Assembly: GCF_988242995.1 (NCBI RefSeq)
Contig: NZ_OZ547043.1
Strand: one strand, 5' to 3'
DNA length: 64,000 nt
Shown: positions 12,447 to 22,526 of the stretch, piece by piece
How positions within the stretch are numbered: position 1 is the stretch's first letter
Layout: every line of letters begins with the position of its first letter
Notes under the pieces: model-generated
Told to the model about the DNA's origin: nothing
Databases searched by the model: none
The model's input: the letters and a program-made list of their open reading frames with translations, nothing else
Made by a program: the position numbers and the translations under genes

Positions 12447-13310
12447 ATGGGAAGTGGATGGCATGAATGGCCGCTGATGATCTTCACGGTCTTCGGGCAA
12501 TGTGTAGCGGGTGGTTTTATCGTTCTGGCTTTGGCGCTGCTCAAAGGCGACCTGCGAGCAGAAGCCCAGCAGCGTGTTATTGCCTGCATGTTTGGTTTAT
12601 GGGTGCTGATGGGCATTGGCTTTATCGCCTCTATGCTTCATCTTGGTTCACCGATGCGCGCCTTTAACTCGCTCAACCGGGTAGGGGCTTCAGCACTCAG
12701 TAACGAAATCGCCAGCGGTTCGATCTTTTTTGCTGTTGGTGGCATCGGCTGGTTACTGGCAATGCTGAAAAAGCTGTCACCGGCATTGCGTACGCTGTGG
12801 CTGGTGGTGACGATGGTTCTTGGCGTCATCTTTGTCTGGATGATGGTGCGTGTCTATAACAGCATCGATACCGTACCCACCTGGTACAGCATCTGGACAC
12901 CGATGGGCTTCTTCCTGACGATGTTCATGGGCGGCCCGTTACTGGGTTACCTGTTGCTGAGTCTGGCTGGCGTCGATGGCTGGGCGATGCGTCTGCTGCC
13001 AGCCATTTCTGTACTGGCACTGGTAGTGAGTGGCGTGATGTCAGTGATGCAGGGCGCAGAGCTGGCGACTATTCATAGTTCTGTGCAGCAGGCCGCAGCG
13101 CTGGTGCCGGACTATGGTGCGCTGATGTCCTGGCGGATCGTGCTTTTGGCTGTTGCCCTGTGTTTGTGGATTGCACCACAGCTAAAAGGTTATCAGCCTG
13201 CGGTTCCGCTACTATCCGTCTCATTCATTTTGCTTCTGGCAGGAGAATTAATCGGCCGCGGCGTATTCTATGGTTTGCATATGACCGTGGGGATGGCCGT
13301 CGCAAGCTAA
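12447..13310 (+). CDS. dmsC: DMSO reductase membrane anchor subunit DmsC
   Basis: MGSGWHEWPLMIFTVFGQCVAGGFIVLALALL within ORF 12384..13310; start chosen at the Met following an aggagg RBS, 1 bp after the dmsB stop. Confidence 0.9.
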   Translation: MGSGWHEWPLMIFTVFGQCVAGGFIVLALALLKGDLRAEAQQRVIACMFGLWVLMGIGFIASMLHLGSPMRAFNSLNRVGASALSNEIASGSIFFAVGGIGWLLAMLKKLSPALRTLWLVVTMVLGVIFVWMMVRVYNSIDTVPTWYSIWTPMGFFLTMFMGGPLLGYLLLSLAGVDGWAMRLLPAISVLALVVSGVMSVMQGAELATIHSSVQQAAALVPDYGALMSWRIVLLAVALCLWIAPQLKGYQPAVPLLSVSFILLLAGELIGRGVFYGLHMTVGMAVAS

Positions 13311-13318
13311 TCAGTAAC

Positions 13319-13346
13319 AACCGGGGTTTCGACCCCGGTTCTCTTT
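13319..13346. terminator. Hairpin after dmsC (aaccgggg...ccccggtt), probably the native bidirectional dmsC/ycaC terminator
   Basis: Perfect 8-bp GC-rich stem with a T-rich tail ctcttt; lies between the dmsC stop and the left end of IS200 copy 2. Confidence 0.5.
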
Positions 13347-14057
13347 GTGCACAGAAAACCCCCAGCTAGGCTGGGGGTTCCGGAAAGCTTTCAGCTTTGA
13401 GCCAGTTATTAAAACCCCTTTTGATTTGTTAAAACACCTTGCGGTCTGGCAACTGCAAGTGTCAAACAAGAAATCAAAAGGGGGTCCCAATGGGGGACGA
13501 AAAGAGCTTAGCGCACACCCGCTGGAACTGTAAATATCACATAGTTTTTGCGCCGAAATACCGAAGACTGGCGTTTTACGGAGAGAAGCGTAGGGCGATA
13601 GGCAGTATTTTGAGAAAGCTGTGTGAGTGGAAAAGCGTACGGATTCTGGAAGCAGAGTGCTGCGCAGATCATATCCATATGCTTGTGGAAATCCCACCCA
13701 AAATGAGCGTATCCGGCTTTATGGGATATCTGAAAGGGAAAAGCAGTCTGATGCTTTACGAGCAGTTTGGGGATTTGAAATTCAAATACAGAAACAGGGA
13801 GTTCTGGTGCCGAGGGTACTATGTCGATACGGTGGGTAAGAACACGGCGAAGATACGTGACTACATAAAGCACCAGCTTGAAGAGGATAAAATGGGGGAG
13901 CAGTTATCGATTCCATATCCGGGCAGCCCGTTTACGGGCCGTAAGTAACGAAGTTGAATGCAAATGTCAGATCGTATGCGCCTGTTAGGGCGCGGCTGGT
14001 AACAGAGCCTTACAGGCGCATTTGAAAAACCTCCGGCTATGCCGGAGGATATTTATT
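13344..14057 (+). mobile_element. IS200 insertion sequence, copy 2 (same orientation as copy 1)
   Basis: Identical to 8467..9180 judging by identical six-frame ORFs and visible sequence; flanks differ on both sides. Right end abuts the ycaC stop codon. Confidence 0.85.
13490..13948 (+). CDS. tnpA: IS200 transposase TnpA (second copy)
   Basis: Translation identical to the TnpA at 8613..9071. Confidence 0.9.
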   Translation: MGDEKSLAHTRWNCKYHIVFAPKYRRLAFYGEKRRAIGSILRKLCEWKSVRILEAECCADHIHMLVEIPPKMSVSGFMGYLKGKSSLMLYEQFGDLKFKYRNREFWCRGYYVDTVGKNTAKIRDYIKHQLEEDKMGEQLSIPYPGSPFTGRK

Positions 14058-14683
14058 TATTTCTGCTTCGTTAATGTGTCATAACTGGTCATCAAATTAC
14101 GATAATCAGGAATGTGGTTAGAGAACAACGTCGCCAGTCCTTCAATATCATTACGCCAGTCACGGTGCAGCTCGCACGCCACGCCGAACCATGTCATCAA
14201 TTGCGCACCAGCTTGCGACATGCGATCCCATGCCGAATGCCGGGTAATTTCATTAAAGGTCCCTGACGCGTCAGTCACGACAAATACATCAAACCCTTCT
14301 TCAATGGCTGAAAGCGCCGGGAATGCCACGCAAACTTCGGTTACCACACCGGCAATAATTAACTGTTTTTTACCTGTCGCTTTGACAGCTTTTACAAAAT
14401 CTTCGTTATCCCAGGCGTTAATATTTCCCGGGCGAGCAATGTAAGGTGCATCGGGAAACTGTGCTTTCAGTTCTGGAACTAATGGGCCGTTAGGACCGGT
14501 TTCAAAACTGGTGGTAAGAATAGTAGGTAAGTTGAAATACTTAGCCAGGTCGCCCAGCGCCAGCACGTTATTTTTAAACTTATCGGGTTCGATATCCCGT
14601 ACAAGGGAAAGTAAACCAGCCTGGTGATCAACAAGCAAAACGGCAGCATCATTTTTATCAAGACGAACATACGGTTTGGTCAT
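14057..14683 (-). CDS. ycaC: Isochorismatase-family hydrolase YcaC
   Basis: ORF 14057..14683 (-), 208 aa, MTKPYVRLDKNDAAVLLVDHQAGLLSLVRD with the cysteine-hydrolase fold signature. Confidence 0.9.
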   Translation of the reverse strand: MTKPYVRLDKNDAAVLLVDHQAGLLSLVRDIEPDKFKNNVLALGDLAKYFNLPTILTTSFETGPNGPLVPELKAQFPDAPYIARPGNINAWDNEDFVKAVKATGKKQLIIAGVVTEVCVAFPALSAIEEGFDVFVVTDASGTFNEITRHSAWDRMSQAGAQLMTWFGVACELHRDWRNDIEGLATLFSNHIPDYRNLMTSYDTLTKQK

Positions 14684-14997
14684 CCTCTTCTCCTTTCGAG
14701 AGTCAGTGGTACGTCTGAAATCGGTCAGACGCGATGCATTGCTCTGAAAGCATAGACGGGAAATATGAGTTTGCTGTGACCATGAAATTTTTCGACTGAA
14801 CGAAGCGTATGGAATTTGTGTTAGATCAATAAAAACAATCAGATGAGATTAATCGTCTCTCCAGCATTAGCGTTATGAATGAGTAATATAAATCGATAAT
14901 ACCTCCGCTGCGATATGCGCGTATTTTCACCCATTGACAATGTTTTTGGCGGTGGCATGATGCGCATGAAATTTGAACTTCCTCACGGTTTTAATTC

Positions 14998-16146
14998 ATG
15001 TCCACGTATACCCGGCCTGTCATGCTTTTGCTGTCTGGCCTGCTTTTGTTGACTCTGGCGATCGCAGTGTTAAATACACTCGTGCCGCTTTGGCTCGCCC
15101 AGGAACACATGTCCACATGGCAGGTAGGCGTTGTCAGCTCATCCTATTTTACCGGCAACCTGGTCGGTACATTGCTGACAGGGTATGTCATTAAGCGCAT
15201 TGGCTTTAACCGCAGCTATTATCTGGCCTCCTTCATTTTTGCCGCTGGCTGTGCCGGCCTTGGCCTGATGATTGGATTCTGGAGCTGGTTGGCTTGGCGT
15301 TTTGTCGCCGGCGTCGGCTGTGCCATGATTTGGGTGGTTGTTGAGAGCGCGCTGATGTGCAGTGGGACGTCACGTAACCGTGGGCGTTTGCTTGCTGCGT
15401 ATATGATGGTTTATTACGTGGGAACGTTTTTAGGCCAGTTACTGGTCAGCAAAGTTTCAACCGAGCTGATGTCCGTATTGCCGTGGGTTACAGGTTTGAC
15501 GTTGGCAGGGATCTTACCGCTGTTGTTTACGCGTGTGCTGAATCAGCAGGCTGAAAAGCATGATTCGACGTCAATTACGTCAATGCTAAAACTCCGTCAG
15601 GCGCGGCTTGGCGTGAATGGCTGTATTATCTCAGGAATCGTTCTGGGATCTCTATATGGCCTGATGCCGCTGTACCTCAATCACAAAGGGGTGAGCAATG
15701 CCAGCATTGGTTTCTGGATGGCGGTACTGGTCAGTGCGGGTATCCTTGGACAATGGCCGATTGGACGTCTGGCGGATAAGTTTGGTCGACTGCTGGTGTT
15801 GCGTGTTCAGGTCTTTGTCGTCATTCTCGGCAGTATCGCGATGCTTAGCCAGGCGGCGATGGCCCCAGCGTTATTCATCCTCGGTGCCGCTGGCTTTACG
15901 CTATATCCGGTGGCGATGGCATGGGCTTGCGAGAAAGTTGAACATCATCAACTGGTGGCAATGAACCAGGCCTTACTGTTGAGCTATACCGTGGGAAGTC
16001 TGCTTGGCCCGTCATTTACTGCCATGCTAATGCAGAATTTCTCCGATAATTTATTGTTTATCATGATCGCCAGCGTATCGTTTATCTATTTGCTGATGCT
16101 GCTTCGCAACGCCGGTCATACGCCGAAACCCGTTGCTCACGTGTAA
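14998..16146 (+). CDS. ycaD: MFS transporter YcaD
   Basis: ORF 14998..16146, 382 aa, 12-TM hydrophobic profile; matches YcaD. Confidence 0.9.
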   Translation: MSTYTRPVMLLLSGLLLLTLAIAVLNTLVPLWLAQEHMSTWQVGVVSSSYFTGNLVGTLLTGYVIKRIGFNRSYYLASFIFAAGCAGLGLMIGFWSWLAWRFVAGVGCAMIWVVVESALMCSGTSRNRGRLLAAYMMVYYVGTFLGQLLVSKVSTELMSVLPWVTGLTLAGILPLLFTRVLNQQAEKHDSTSITSMLKLRQARLGVNGCIISGIVLGSLYGLMPLYLNHKGVSNASIGFWMAVLVSAGILGQWPIGRLADKFGRLLVLRVQVFVVILGSIAMLSQAAMAPALFILGAAGFTLYPVAMAWACEKVEHHQLVAMNQALLLSYTVGSLLGPSFTAMLMQNFSDNLLFIMIASVSFIYLLMLLRNAGHTPKPVAHV

Positions 16147-16160
16147 ATGAATTCAAGCAA

Positions 16161-16195
16161 AGTGTGAACTTACTGTTTCACACTCTGCTTTTTTG
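16161..16195 (+). terminator. Probable ycaD terminator hairpin (agtgtgaac...gtttcacact followed by a T-run)
   Basis: Inverted repeat plus ctgcttttttgtttc immediately after the ycaD stop. Confidence 0.4.
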
Positions 16196-16355
16196 TTTCT
16201 TCTATCTGACTTGCTTTATTCCAAATTTTATTCGTTTAAAAATAAAATGTGCAGCAGGTTATAATTTTGCATTTCGCTATTTCCGCACTTCTTATTTGCC
16301 GCGCATAATCCCTCGTTTTACAGATGCCCCTTTAATTTTGGCGAAGGATTTGTCT

Positions 16356-17786
16356 ATGGCTGGGAATGTTCAGGAAAAACAGCTGCGATGGTACAACATT
16401 GCGCTGATGTCTTTTATCACTGTCTGGGGTTTTGGCAACGTTGTTAATAACTACGCCAACCAGGGGCTGGTGGTTGTTTTTTCATGGGTGTTTATCTTTG
16501 CGCTCTATTTCACACCTTATGCGCTAATTGTTGGTCAGTTAGGCTCGACCTTCAAAGATGGGAAGGGCGGGGTCAGTACCTGGATTAAACACACGATGGG
16601 ACCCGGACTGGCTTACCTCGCCGCGTGGACCTACTGGGTAGTGCATATTCCCTATCTGGCACAAAAACCCCAGGCAATACTGATTGCGCTCGGTTGGGCG
16701 ATGAAAGGCGACGGTTCGTTAATCAAAGAATATTCAGTCGTAGCGTTACAGGGGTTAACGCTGGTGCTGTTTATCTTCTTTATGTGGGTTGCTTCACGCG
16801 GTATGAAATCGCTGAAAATCGTCGGTTCTGTGGCAGGGATTGCGATGTTTGTTATGTCGCTCCTGTATGTGGCGATGGCGGTAACCGCGCCTGCGATTAC
16901 TGAAGTGCATATTGCGACCACAAACATTACCTGGGAAACGTTCATTCCTCATATCGACTTTACCTACATTACCACTATTTCAATGCTGGTTTTCGCGGTT
17001 GGCGGAGCAGAGAAGATTTCTCCTTACGTTAATCAAACGCGCAACCCAGGAAAAGAATTTCCAAAAGGGATGTTATGCCTGGCGGTGATGGTTGCGGTTT
17101 GTGCCATTCTGGGCTCACTGGCGATGGGGATGATGTTTGACTCGCGTAATATCCCGGATGACTTAATGACTAACGGTCAGTATTACGCCTTTCAGAAGCT
17201 GGGCGAGTATTACAACATGGGTAATACTTTAATGGTGATTTATGCCATTGCGAATACCCTGGGACAAGTAGCTGCGCTGGTATTCTCGATTGATGCGCCG
17301 CTTAAAGTGTTATTAGGCGATGCTGACAGCAAATATATTCCAGCCAGTTTATGTCGTACCAACGCTTCTGGTACGCCCGTTAATGGCTATTTTCTGACCC
17401 TGGTGCTGGTGGCGATCCTGATAATGCTACCGACTCTCGGCATTGGTGATATGAACAATCTCTATAAATGGCTGTTGAATCTTAACTCGGTAGTGATGCC
17501 GCTGCGTTATTTATGGGTATTTGTTGCATTTATTGCAGTTGTTCGCCTGGCGCAGAAATATAAACCAGAATATGTCTTTATTCGTAATAAGCCGCTGGCA
17601 ATGACCGTCGGAATTTGGTGTTTTGCCTTTACCGCTTTTGCCTGCCTGACTGGTATTTTCCCGAAAATGGAAGCCTTCACCGCAGAGTGGACATTCCAGT
17701 TGGCGCTGAATGTTGCAACGCCGTTTGTGTTGGTAGGATTAGGACTGATATTCCCGCTGCTGGCGCGTAAAGCGAATGGTAAATAA
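16356..17786 (+). CDS. ycaM: APC-family amino acid transporter YcaM
   Basis: ORF 16164..17786 contains MAGNVQEKQLRWYNIALMSFITVWGFGNVVNNYANQG; start set at that Met (476 aa). The upstream ORF extension is AT-rich promoter sequence. Confidence 0.9.
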   Translation: MAGNVQEKQLRWYNIALMSFITVWGFGNVVNNYANQGLVVVFSWVFIFALYFTPYALIVGQLGSTFKDGKGGVSTWIKHTMGPGLAYLAAWTYWVVHIPYLAQKPQAILIALGWAMKGDGSLIKEYSVVALQGLTLVLFIFFMWVASRGMKSLKIVGSVAGIAMFVMSLLYVAMAVTAPAITEVHIATTNITWETFIPHIDFTYITTISMLVFAVGGAEKISPYVNQTRNPGKEFPKGMLCLAVMVAVCAILGSLAMGMMFDSRNIPDDLMTNGQYYAFQKLGEYYNMGNTLMVIYAIANTLGQVAALVFSIDAPLKVLLGDADSKYIPASLCRTNASGTPVNGYFLTLVLVAILIMLPTLGIGDMNNLYKWLLNLNSVVMPLRYLWVFVAFIAVVRLAQKYKPEYVFIRNKPLAMTVGIWCFAFTAFACLTGIFPKMEAFTAEWTFQLALNVATPFVLVGLGLIFPLLARKANGK

Positions 17787-17953
17787 TTATTGTGGTCGGT
17801 GACGCTGACTCTGGCAGATCTGACCCGTTTTTACATAATCGAGAAATGCGCGCAAGCCGCAGGACATATACTGGCGGTTTGGGTAATACATTTGGAAGCT
17901 GTGCTGTAAGGGCGTTAGAAATAGAGCTCTGAATTATTATGCAGCGCGGAATA

Positions 17954-17984
17954 AAAAAGCGGCAACTCAATAAAGTTGCCGCTT
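17954..17984 (-). terminator. Rho-independent terminator downstream of pflA
   Basis: aaaaagcggcaactcaataaagttgccgcttt: on the minus strand an 11-bp stem aaagcggcaac/gttgccgcttt followed by a T-run. Confidence 0.55.
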
Positions 17985-17994
17985 TACGGGGAAA

Positions 17995-18735
17995 TTAGAA
18001 CATTACCTTATGACCGTACTGCTCAAGAATGCCTTTCACGCGTTCCATGGTTTCTTTCTTAGGTGGTTTAACACCATCGAGTTTGTATTCTTCACCCATC
18101 GCCACCCATTTGTGTTTGCCCAGTTCGTGGTAGGGGAGAAGCTCGATTTTCTCAACGTTGCCCATATCACGGGTAAATTCACCGAGGCGATGCGCTGAAT
18201 CGTCATCGTCAGACCAGCCTGGGACAACAACGTAGCGGATCCACACCTTCACATTTTTGTTCGCCAGATATTTGGCGAACTCCAGCGTGCGGTGGTTTGA
18301 AACTCCAACCAGATTTTGGTGGATCTCGTCGTTCATCTGTTTGAGATCGAGCATTACCAGGTCGGTTACTTCCAGCAGTTCATCAATCACCGGATCGTAA
18401 CGACGAACAAAACCGTTGGTGTCCAGACAGGTATGAATGCCTTCTTTTTTGCAGGCGCGGAACCAGTCACGAACAAACTCAGCTTGCAGGATTGCTTCAC
18501 CGCCGGATGCGGTAACGCCGCCGCCGGAAGCGTTCATAAAGTGGCGATAGGTCACCACCTCTTTCATTAAATCTTCAACGGTAACTTCTTTACCGCCATG
18601 CGTGTCCCAGGTGTCGCGGTTATGACAATACAGGCAGCGCATCAGGCAGCCCTGGAAAAAGGTGATAAAGCGAATACCCGGGCCGTCTACGGTTCCACAG
18701 GATTCAAAGGAGTGAATGCGACCAATAACTGACAT
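17995..18735 (-). CDS. pflA: Pyruvate formate-lyase activating enzyme PflA (radical SAM)
   Basis: [43 protein letters not shown] carries the CxxxCxxC radical-SAM motif; start at the internal Met of ORF 17995..18762. Confidence 0.95.
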   Translation of the reverse strand: MSVIGRIHSFESCGTVDGPGIRFITFFQGCLMRCLYCHNRDTWDTHGGKEVTVEDLMKEVVTYRHFMNASGGGVTASGGEAILQAEFVRDWFRACKKEGIHTCLDTNGFVRRYDPVIDELLEVTDLVMLDLKQMNDEIHQNLVGVSNHRTLEFAKYLANKNVKVWIRYVVVPGWSDDDDSAHRLGEFTRDMGNVEKIELLPYHELGKHKWVAMGEEYKLDGVKPPKKETMERVKGILEQYGHKVMF

Positions 18736-18856
18736 TGCGGTGTTTCTCCAGATGTGGCCCATCTGAGGCCGTGTTGGTGCGCAGCTCGAAGGCTACGTCG
18801 AGTCTGTTTTGGCAGTCACCTTAAAGTATAGATAGCTGACAAAAAAGGCTCTCGTG

Positions 18857-18886
18857 CTAAAAAAGGCCCCACTTTCGTGGAGCCTT
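18857..18886 (-). terminator. Rho-independent terminator of pflB
   Basis: Minus-strand hairpin ggctccacgaaagtggggcc followed by a T-run, about 45 bp downstream of the pflB stop. Confidence 0.55.
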
Positions 18887-18926
18887 TATTGTACGCTTTT
18901 TACTGTACGATTTCAGTCAAATCTAA

Positions 18927-21209
18927 TTACATAGATTGAGTGAAGGTACGAGTAATAACGTCCTGCTGCTGTTCTTTAGTCAGCGAGTTGAAACGTACTG
19001 CGTAGCCAGATACACGGATGGTCAGCTGCGGATATTTTTCCGGGTTTTCCATCGCGTCGAGCAGCATTTCACGGTTCATCACGTTAACGTTCAGGTGCTG
19101 ACCACCTTCGATGGATGCTTCGTGGTGGAAGTAACCATCCATCAGACCAGCCAGGTTGGTCTTACGAACTTCGTCGTCTTTACCCAGTGCGTTCGGAACG
19201 ATAGAGAAGGTGTAGGAGATACCATCTTTAGCGTAAGCAAACGGCAGTTTAGCAACGGAAGTCAGAGAGGCTACTGCACCTTTCTGGTCACGACCGTGCA
19301 TCGGGTTAGCACCCGGTCCGAACGGCGCGCCAGCACGACGACCGTCTGGGGTGTTACCAGTTTTCTTACCATACACAACGTTAGAAGTGATGGTCAGAAC
19401 AGACTGAGTCGGGATAGCGTCACGGTAGGTGTGCAGTTTCTGAATTTTCTTCATGAAACGTTCTACCAGGTCAACAGCCAGGTCATCTACACGCGGATCG
19501 TTGTTACCAAACTGCGGGTATTCGCCTTCGATTTCGAAGTCGATAGCCAGACCGTCTTCGTCACGAATCGGTTTAACTTTCGCATATTTGATTGCAGACA
19601 GGGAGTCAGCAGCAACGGACAGACCAGCGATACCACACGCCATAGTGCGGATAACGTCACGGTCGTGCAGCGCCATCAGAGAGGCTTCGTAGCTGTACTT
19701 GTCGTGCATGTAGTGGATGATGTTCAGTGCAGTGATGTACTGTTTAGCCAGCCAGTCCATGAAGTGATCCATGCGCTCCATCACTTCATCGTAGTTCAGG
19801 AGATCGCCTTTGATCGGTTCAGACTTCGGACCAACCTGCATTTTCAGTTTTTCGTCAACGCCGCCGTTGATTGCGTACAGCATGGTTTTCGCCAGGTTTG
19901 CACGCGCACCGAAGAACTGCATTTGTTTACCAACGATCATCGGGCTTACGCAGCAAGCGATAGCGTAGTCATCGTTGTTGAAGTCCGGACGCATCAGGTC
20001 ATCGTTCTCATACTGCAGAGAAGAGGTGTCGATGGACACTTTAGCGGCGAATTTCTTGAAGTTCAGCGGCAGTTTTTCAGACCACAGAATGGTCATGTTC
20101 GGTTCCGGAGACGGACCCATGGTGTACAGGGTGTTCAGGAAACGGAAGCTGTTTTTGGTAACCAGGGTACGACCGTCGAGGCCCATACCACCGATAGATT
20201 CGGTTGCCCAGATCGGGTCGCCAGAGAACAGTTCATCGTATTCCGGAGTACGCAGGAAGCGAACCATACGCAGTTTCATGACCAGGTGGTCAACCATTTC
20301 CTGCGCTTCTTGTTCGGTGATCTTGCCAGCTTTCAGGTCACGTTCGATGTACACATCCAGGAAGGTGGAGGTACGACCGAAGGACATTGCAGCGCCGTTC
20401 TGAGACTTAACAGCAGCCAGGTAGCCAAAGTAAGTCCACTGGATAGCTTCCTGAGCGTTGGTAGCCGGACCAGAGATGTCGTAGCCGTATTTCGCAGCCA
20501 TTTCTTTCATCTGACCCAGAGCGCGGTGCTGTTCAGCGATTTCTTCGCGCAGACGGATAGTCTGTTCCAGGTTTACGCCGTTTTCCAGATCAGCCTGCAG
20601 AGAGGTGAACTGTGCAAGTTTGTCTTTCATCAGGTAGTCGATACCGTACAGCGCAACGCGACGGTAGTCACCGATGATACGACCACGGCCATAAGCATCT
20701 GGCAGACCGGTCAGAACACCGGATTTACGGCAACGCAGGATGTCCGGAGTGTAAACGTCGAACACGCCCTGGTTGTGAGTTTTACGGTATTCAGTGAAGA
20801 TTTTTTTGATCATCGGGTCCAGTTCGCGGTTGTACGCTTTGCAGGAACCTTCGATCATTTTGATACCACCGAACGGGATAAGAGCACGTTTCAGCGGAGC
20901 TTCAGTCTGCAGACCAACGATTTTCTCAAGCTGCTTGTTGATGTAGCCAGCGTCGTGAGAGGTGATGGTGGAAGCAACAGCGGTGTCAAAGTCAACTGGC
21001 GCGTGAGTGCGGTTTTCCAGTTTAACGCCTTCCATTACTTTGTCCCACAGGGTGGTGGTCGCTTCAGTAGCGCCAGCCAGGAAGGACTCGTCACCCTCGT
21101 ACGGAGTGTAGTTTTTCTGAATGAAGTCACGGACGTTTACTTCATTCTGCCAGTCACCTTTGGTAAAACCTTCCCAGGCTGTGGCTAACTTTTCATTAAG
21201 CTCGGACAT
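18927..21209 (-). CDS. pflB: Pyruvate formate-lyase PflB (glycyl radical enzyme)
   Basis: ORF 18927..21209 (-), 760 aa, ending with the glycyl-radical motif RVSGYAV. Confidence 0.97.
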   Translation of the reverse strand: MSELNEKLATAWEGFTKGDWQNEVNVRDFIQKNYTPYEGDESFLAGATEATTTLWDKVMEGVKLENRTHAPVDFDTAVASTITSHDAGYINKQLEKIVGLQTEAPLKRALIPFGGIKMIEGSCKAYNRELDPMIKKIFTEYRKTHNQGVFDVYTPDILRCRKSGVLTGLPDAYGRGRIIGDYRRVALYGIDYLMKDKLAQFTSLQADLENGVNLEQTIRLREEIAEQHRALGQMKEMAAKYGYDISGPATNAQEAIQWTYFGYLAAVKSQNGAAMSFGRTSTFLDVYIERDLKAGKITEQEAQEMVDHLVMKLRMVRFLRTPEYDELFSGDPIWATESIGGMGLDGRTLVTKNSFRFLNTLYTMGPSPEPNMTILWSEKLPLNFKKFAAKVSIDTSSLQYENDDLMRPDFNNDDYAIACCVSPMIVGKQMQFFGARANLAKTMLYAINGGVDEKLKMQVGPKSEPIKGDLLNYDEVMERMDHFMDWLAKQYITALNIIHYMHDKYSYEASLMALHDRDVIRTMACGIAGLSVAADSLSAIKYAKVKPIRDEDGLAIDFEIEGEYPQFGNNDPRVDDLAVDLVERFMKKIQKLHTYRDAIPTQSVLTITSNVVYGKKTGNTPDGRRAGAPFGPGANPMHGRDQKGAVASLTSVAKLPFAYAKDGISYTFSIVPNALGKDDEVRKTNLAGLMDGYFHHEASIEGGQHLNVNVMNREMLLDAMENPEKYPQLTIRVSGYAVRFNSLTKEQQQDVITRTFTQSM

Positions 21210-21263
21210 GTAACACCTACCTTCTTAAGTGGATTTTTTATTTACTGCGTACTTCGACAACCA

Positions 21264-22121
21264 TTAATGGTGATCGTTTTCACGCAGATAAATGACCCAG
21301 TATGTCAACCCAACCAACAAACCACCGCCGATAATATTACCGATCGTAACCGGAATCAGGTTATCAGTGATGAAGTTCATCACGGTCAGGTGAGAAAAAT
21401 TTTCCGGTGCAGAACCGACAGCGGTCCAGAATTCCGGAGATGCGAAGTCGCGGATTACAATACCCATCGGGATCATAAACATGTTTGCGATACTGTGCTC
21501 AAAACCGCTGGCAACAAACATCGCGACCGGCAGCACCATAATGAACGCTTTATCCATCAGGCTGCGGCCAGAATAACTCATCCATACTGCCAGACATACC
21601 ATCAGGTTTGCCAGGATACCAAGACAGACGGCCTCAATAAAAGTATGGTGCACTTTGTGGTCGGCGGTTTGTAGGACGTTTAGTCCCCATTGACCATTCG
21701 CGGTCATATACTCGCCGGAAAGCCACATTAAAAGTACAAACAGCAGTGCGCCGACCAGGTTGCCAAAATAGACATTTAGCCAGTTTTTCGCCAACTGACC
21801 CCAGGTGATTCGCCCACTCGCCTTAGCAACAACAATCAACACTGTGGAAGTAAAGAGATCGGCTCCGCAGACAACACAAAGAATCAGCCCCAGAGAGAAG
21901 CAAATGCCGCCAACCAGTTTTGCCATGCCGAAGGGCATTGTGCCTGTGCCAGTGGTTGCTGTGATATAGAAGACGAATGCGATTGAGATGAAAACACCGG
22001 CGGTAATCGCCAGATAGAAAGTCTTAAGCGGATGTTTCGTTGCTTTATAGACACCTGCCTCTTCGGCCACTTTGGCCATTGCTGCAGGAAGTAAAAGATC
22101 AAAAGGGTTGTCAGCTTTCAC
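21264..22121 (-). CDS. focA: Formate channel FocA (285 aa, GTG start)
   Basis: ORF 21264..22460 contains KADNPFDLLLPAAMAKVAEEAGVYKATKHPLKTFY; start set at the GTG giving the 285-aa FocA, upstream extension discarded. Confidence 0.9.
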   Translation of the reverse strand: MKADNPFDLLLPAAMAKVAEEAGVYKATKHPLKTFYLAITAGVFISIAFVFYITATTGTGTMPFGMAKLVGGICFSLGLILCVVCGADLFTSTVLIVVAKASGRITWGQLAKNWLNVYFGNLVGALLFVLLMWLSGEYMTANGQWGLNVLQTADHKVHHTFIEAVCLGILANLMVCLAVWMSYSGRSLMDKAFIMVLPVAMFVASGFEHSIANMFMIPMGIVIRDFASPEFWTAVGSAPENFSHLTVMNFITDNLIPVTIGNIIGGGLLVGLTYWVIYLRENDHH

Positions 22122-22460
22122 ACTAACTCTCTCTTTATTAAGTCGGCGACGAGATACTAACAAAGCATTATAGATGAGAAATTGATATAGATCATATCTC
22201 GCCTGGCTTATAGGCCCGTAACTCGCATGGTTTTTATGCAAATACGGAGTAACTATTTGATTATCCAAATAAAAATAAATTTTAAAAATTAACAAATGAG
22301 TTGAATTTTTTCCGCATCCTCCGCTAAAACAGTTAATTAAAAGGGAGCACCAGGCGAATAAAGTAACAATATCGATCGTATTTATTAAATACAAATTACC
22401 GATATTTAACTTTATAATTACAATTATTTTATTAATGCAAATATATGTAAAGCGGGGCAT
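22122..22460 (-). promoter_or_regulatory. AT-rich focA-pflB upstream regulatory region; candidate FNR palindrome ttgatatagatcat at 22182..22195
   Basis: Very AT-rich; contains near-consensus TTGAT-N4-ATCA(T). The focA-pflB operon is known to be driven by several FNR/ArcA-dependent promoters. Individual sites are not verified. Confidence 0.5.
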
Positions 22461-22526
22461 TAAAAAAACGCCCCGTAATATAACTCAGACGAATCATTAA
22501 GCCTACATTGCGAAGGCTATTTGATT

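Noticed and set aside
16164-16355. In-frame N-terminal extension of ycaM (ORF starts 64 codons upstream)
   Set aside because: The extension runs through AT-rich promoter-like sequence and the ycaD terminator; the recognised YcaM protein starts at the Met at 16356.
17811-17909. Short stop-to-stop reading frame in the ycaM-pflA gap (...LADLTRFYIIEKCAQAAGHILAVWVIHLEAVL*) as a possible remnant of ycaK
   Set aside because: No in-frame start codon, only 40 codons between stops, and I cannot match it to YcaK or YcaN from memory; recorded only as context for the missing-gene observation.
18936-21188. 750-aa ORF on the plus strand with no stop codons, covering almost the whole of pflB
   Set aside because: It is exactly antisense to the well-supported pflB gene and its translation is low-complexity (V/T/F/R/Q-rich) with no recognisable domain; long antisense ORFs are a codon-bias artefact in highly expressed genes.
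22440-22480. Hairpin cggggcattaaaaaaacgccccg just below the ycaO 3' end, as a possible terminator or small RNA
   Set aside because: Short stem with an A-rich loop and no clear downstream U-tract on either strand; it lies in the AT-rich focA promoter region and I cannot support a distinct feature.
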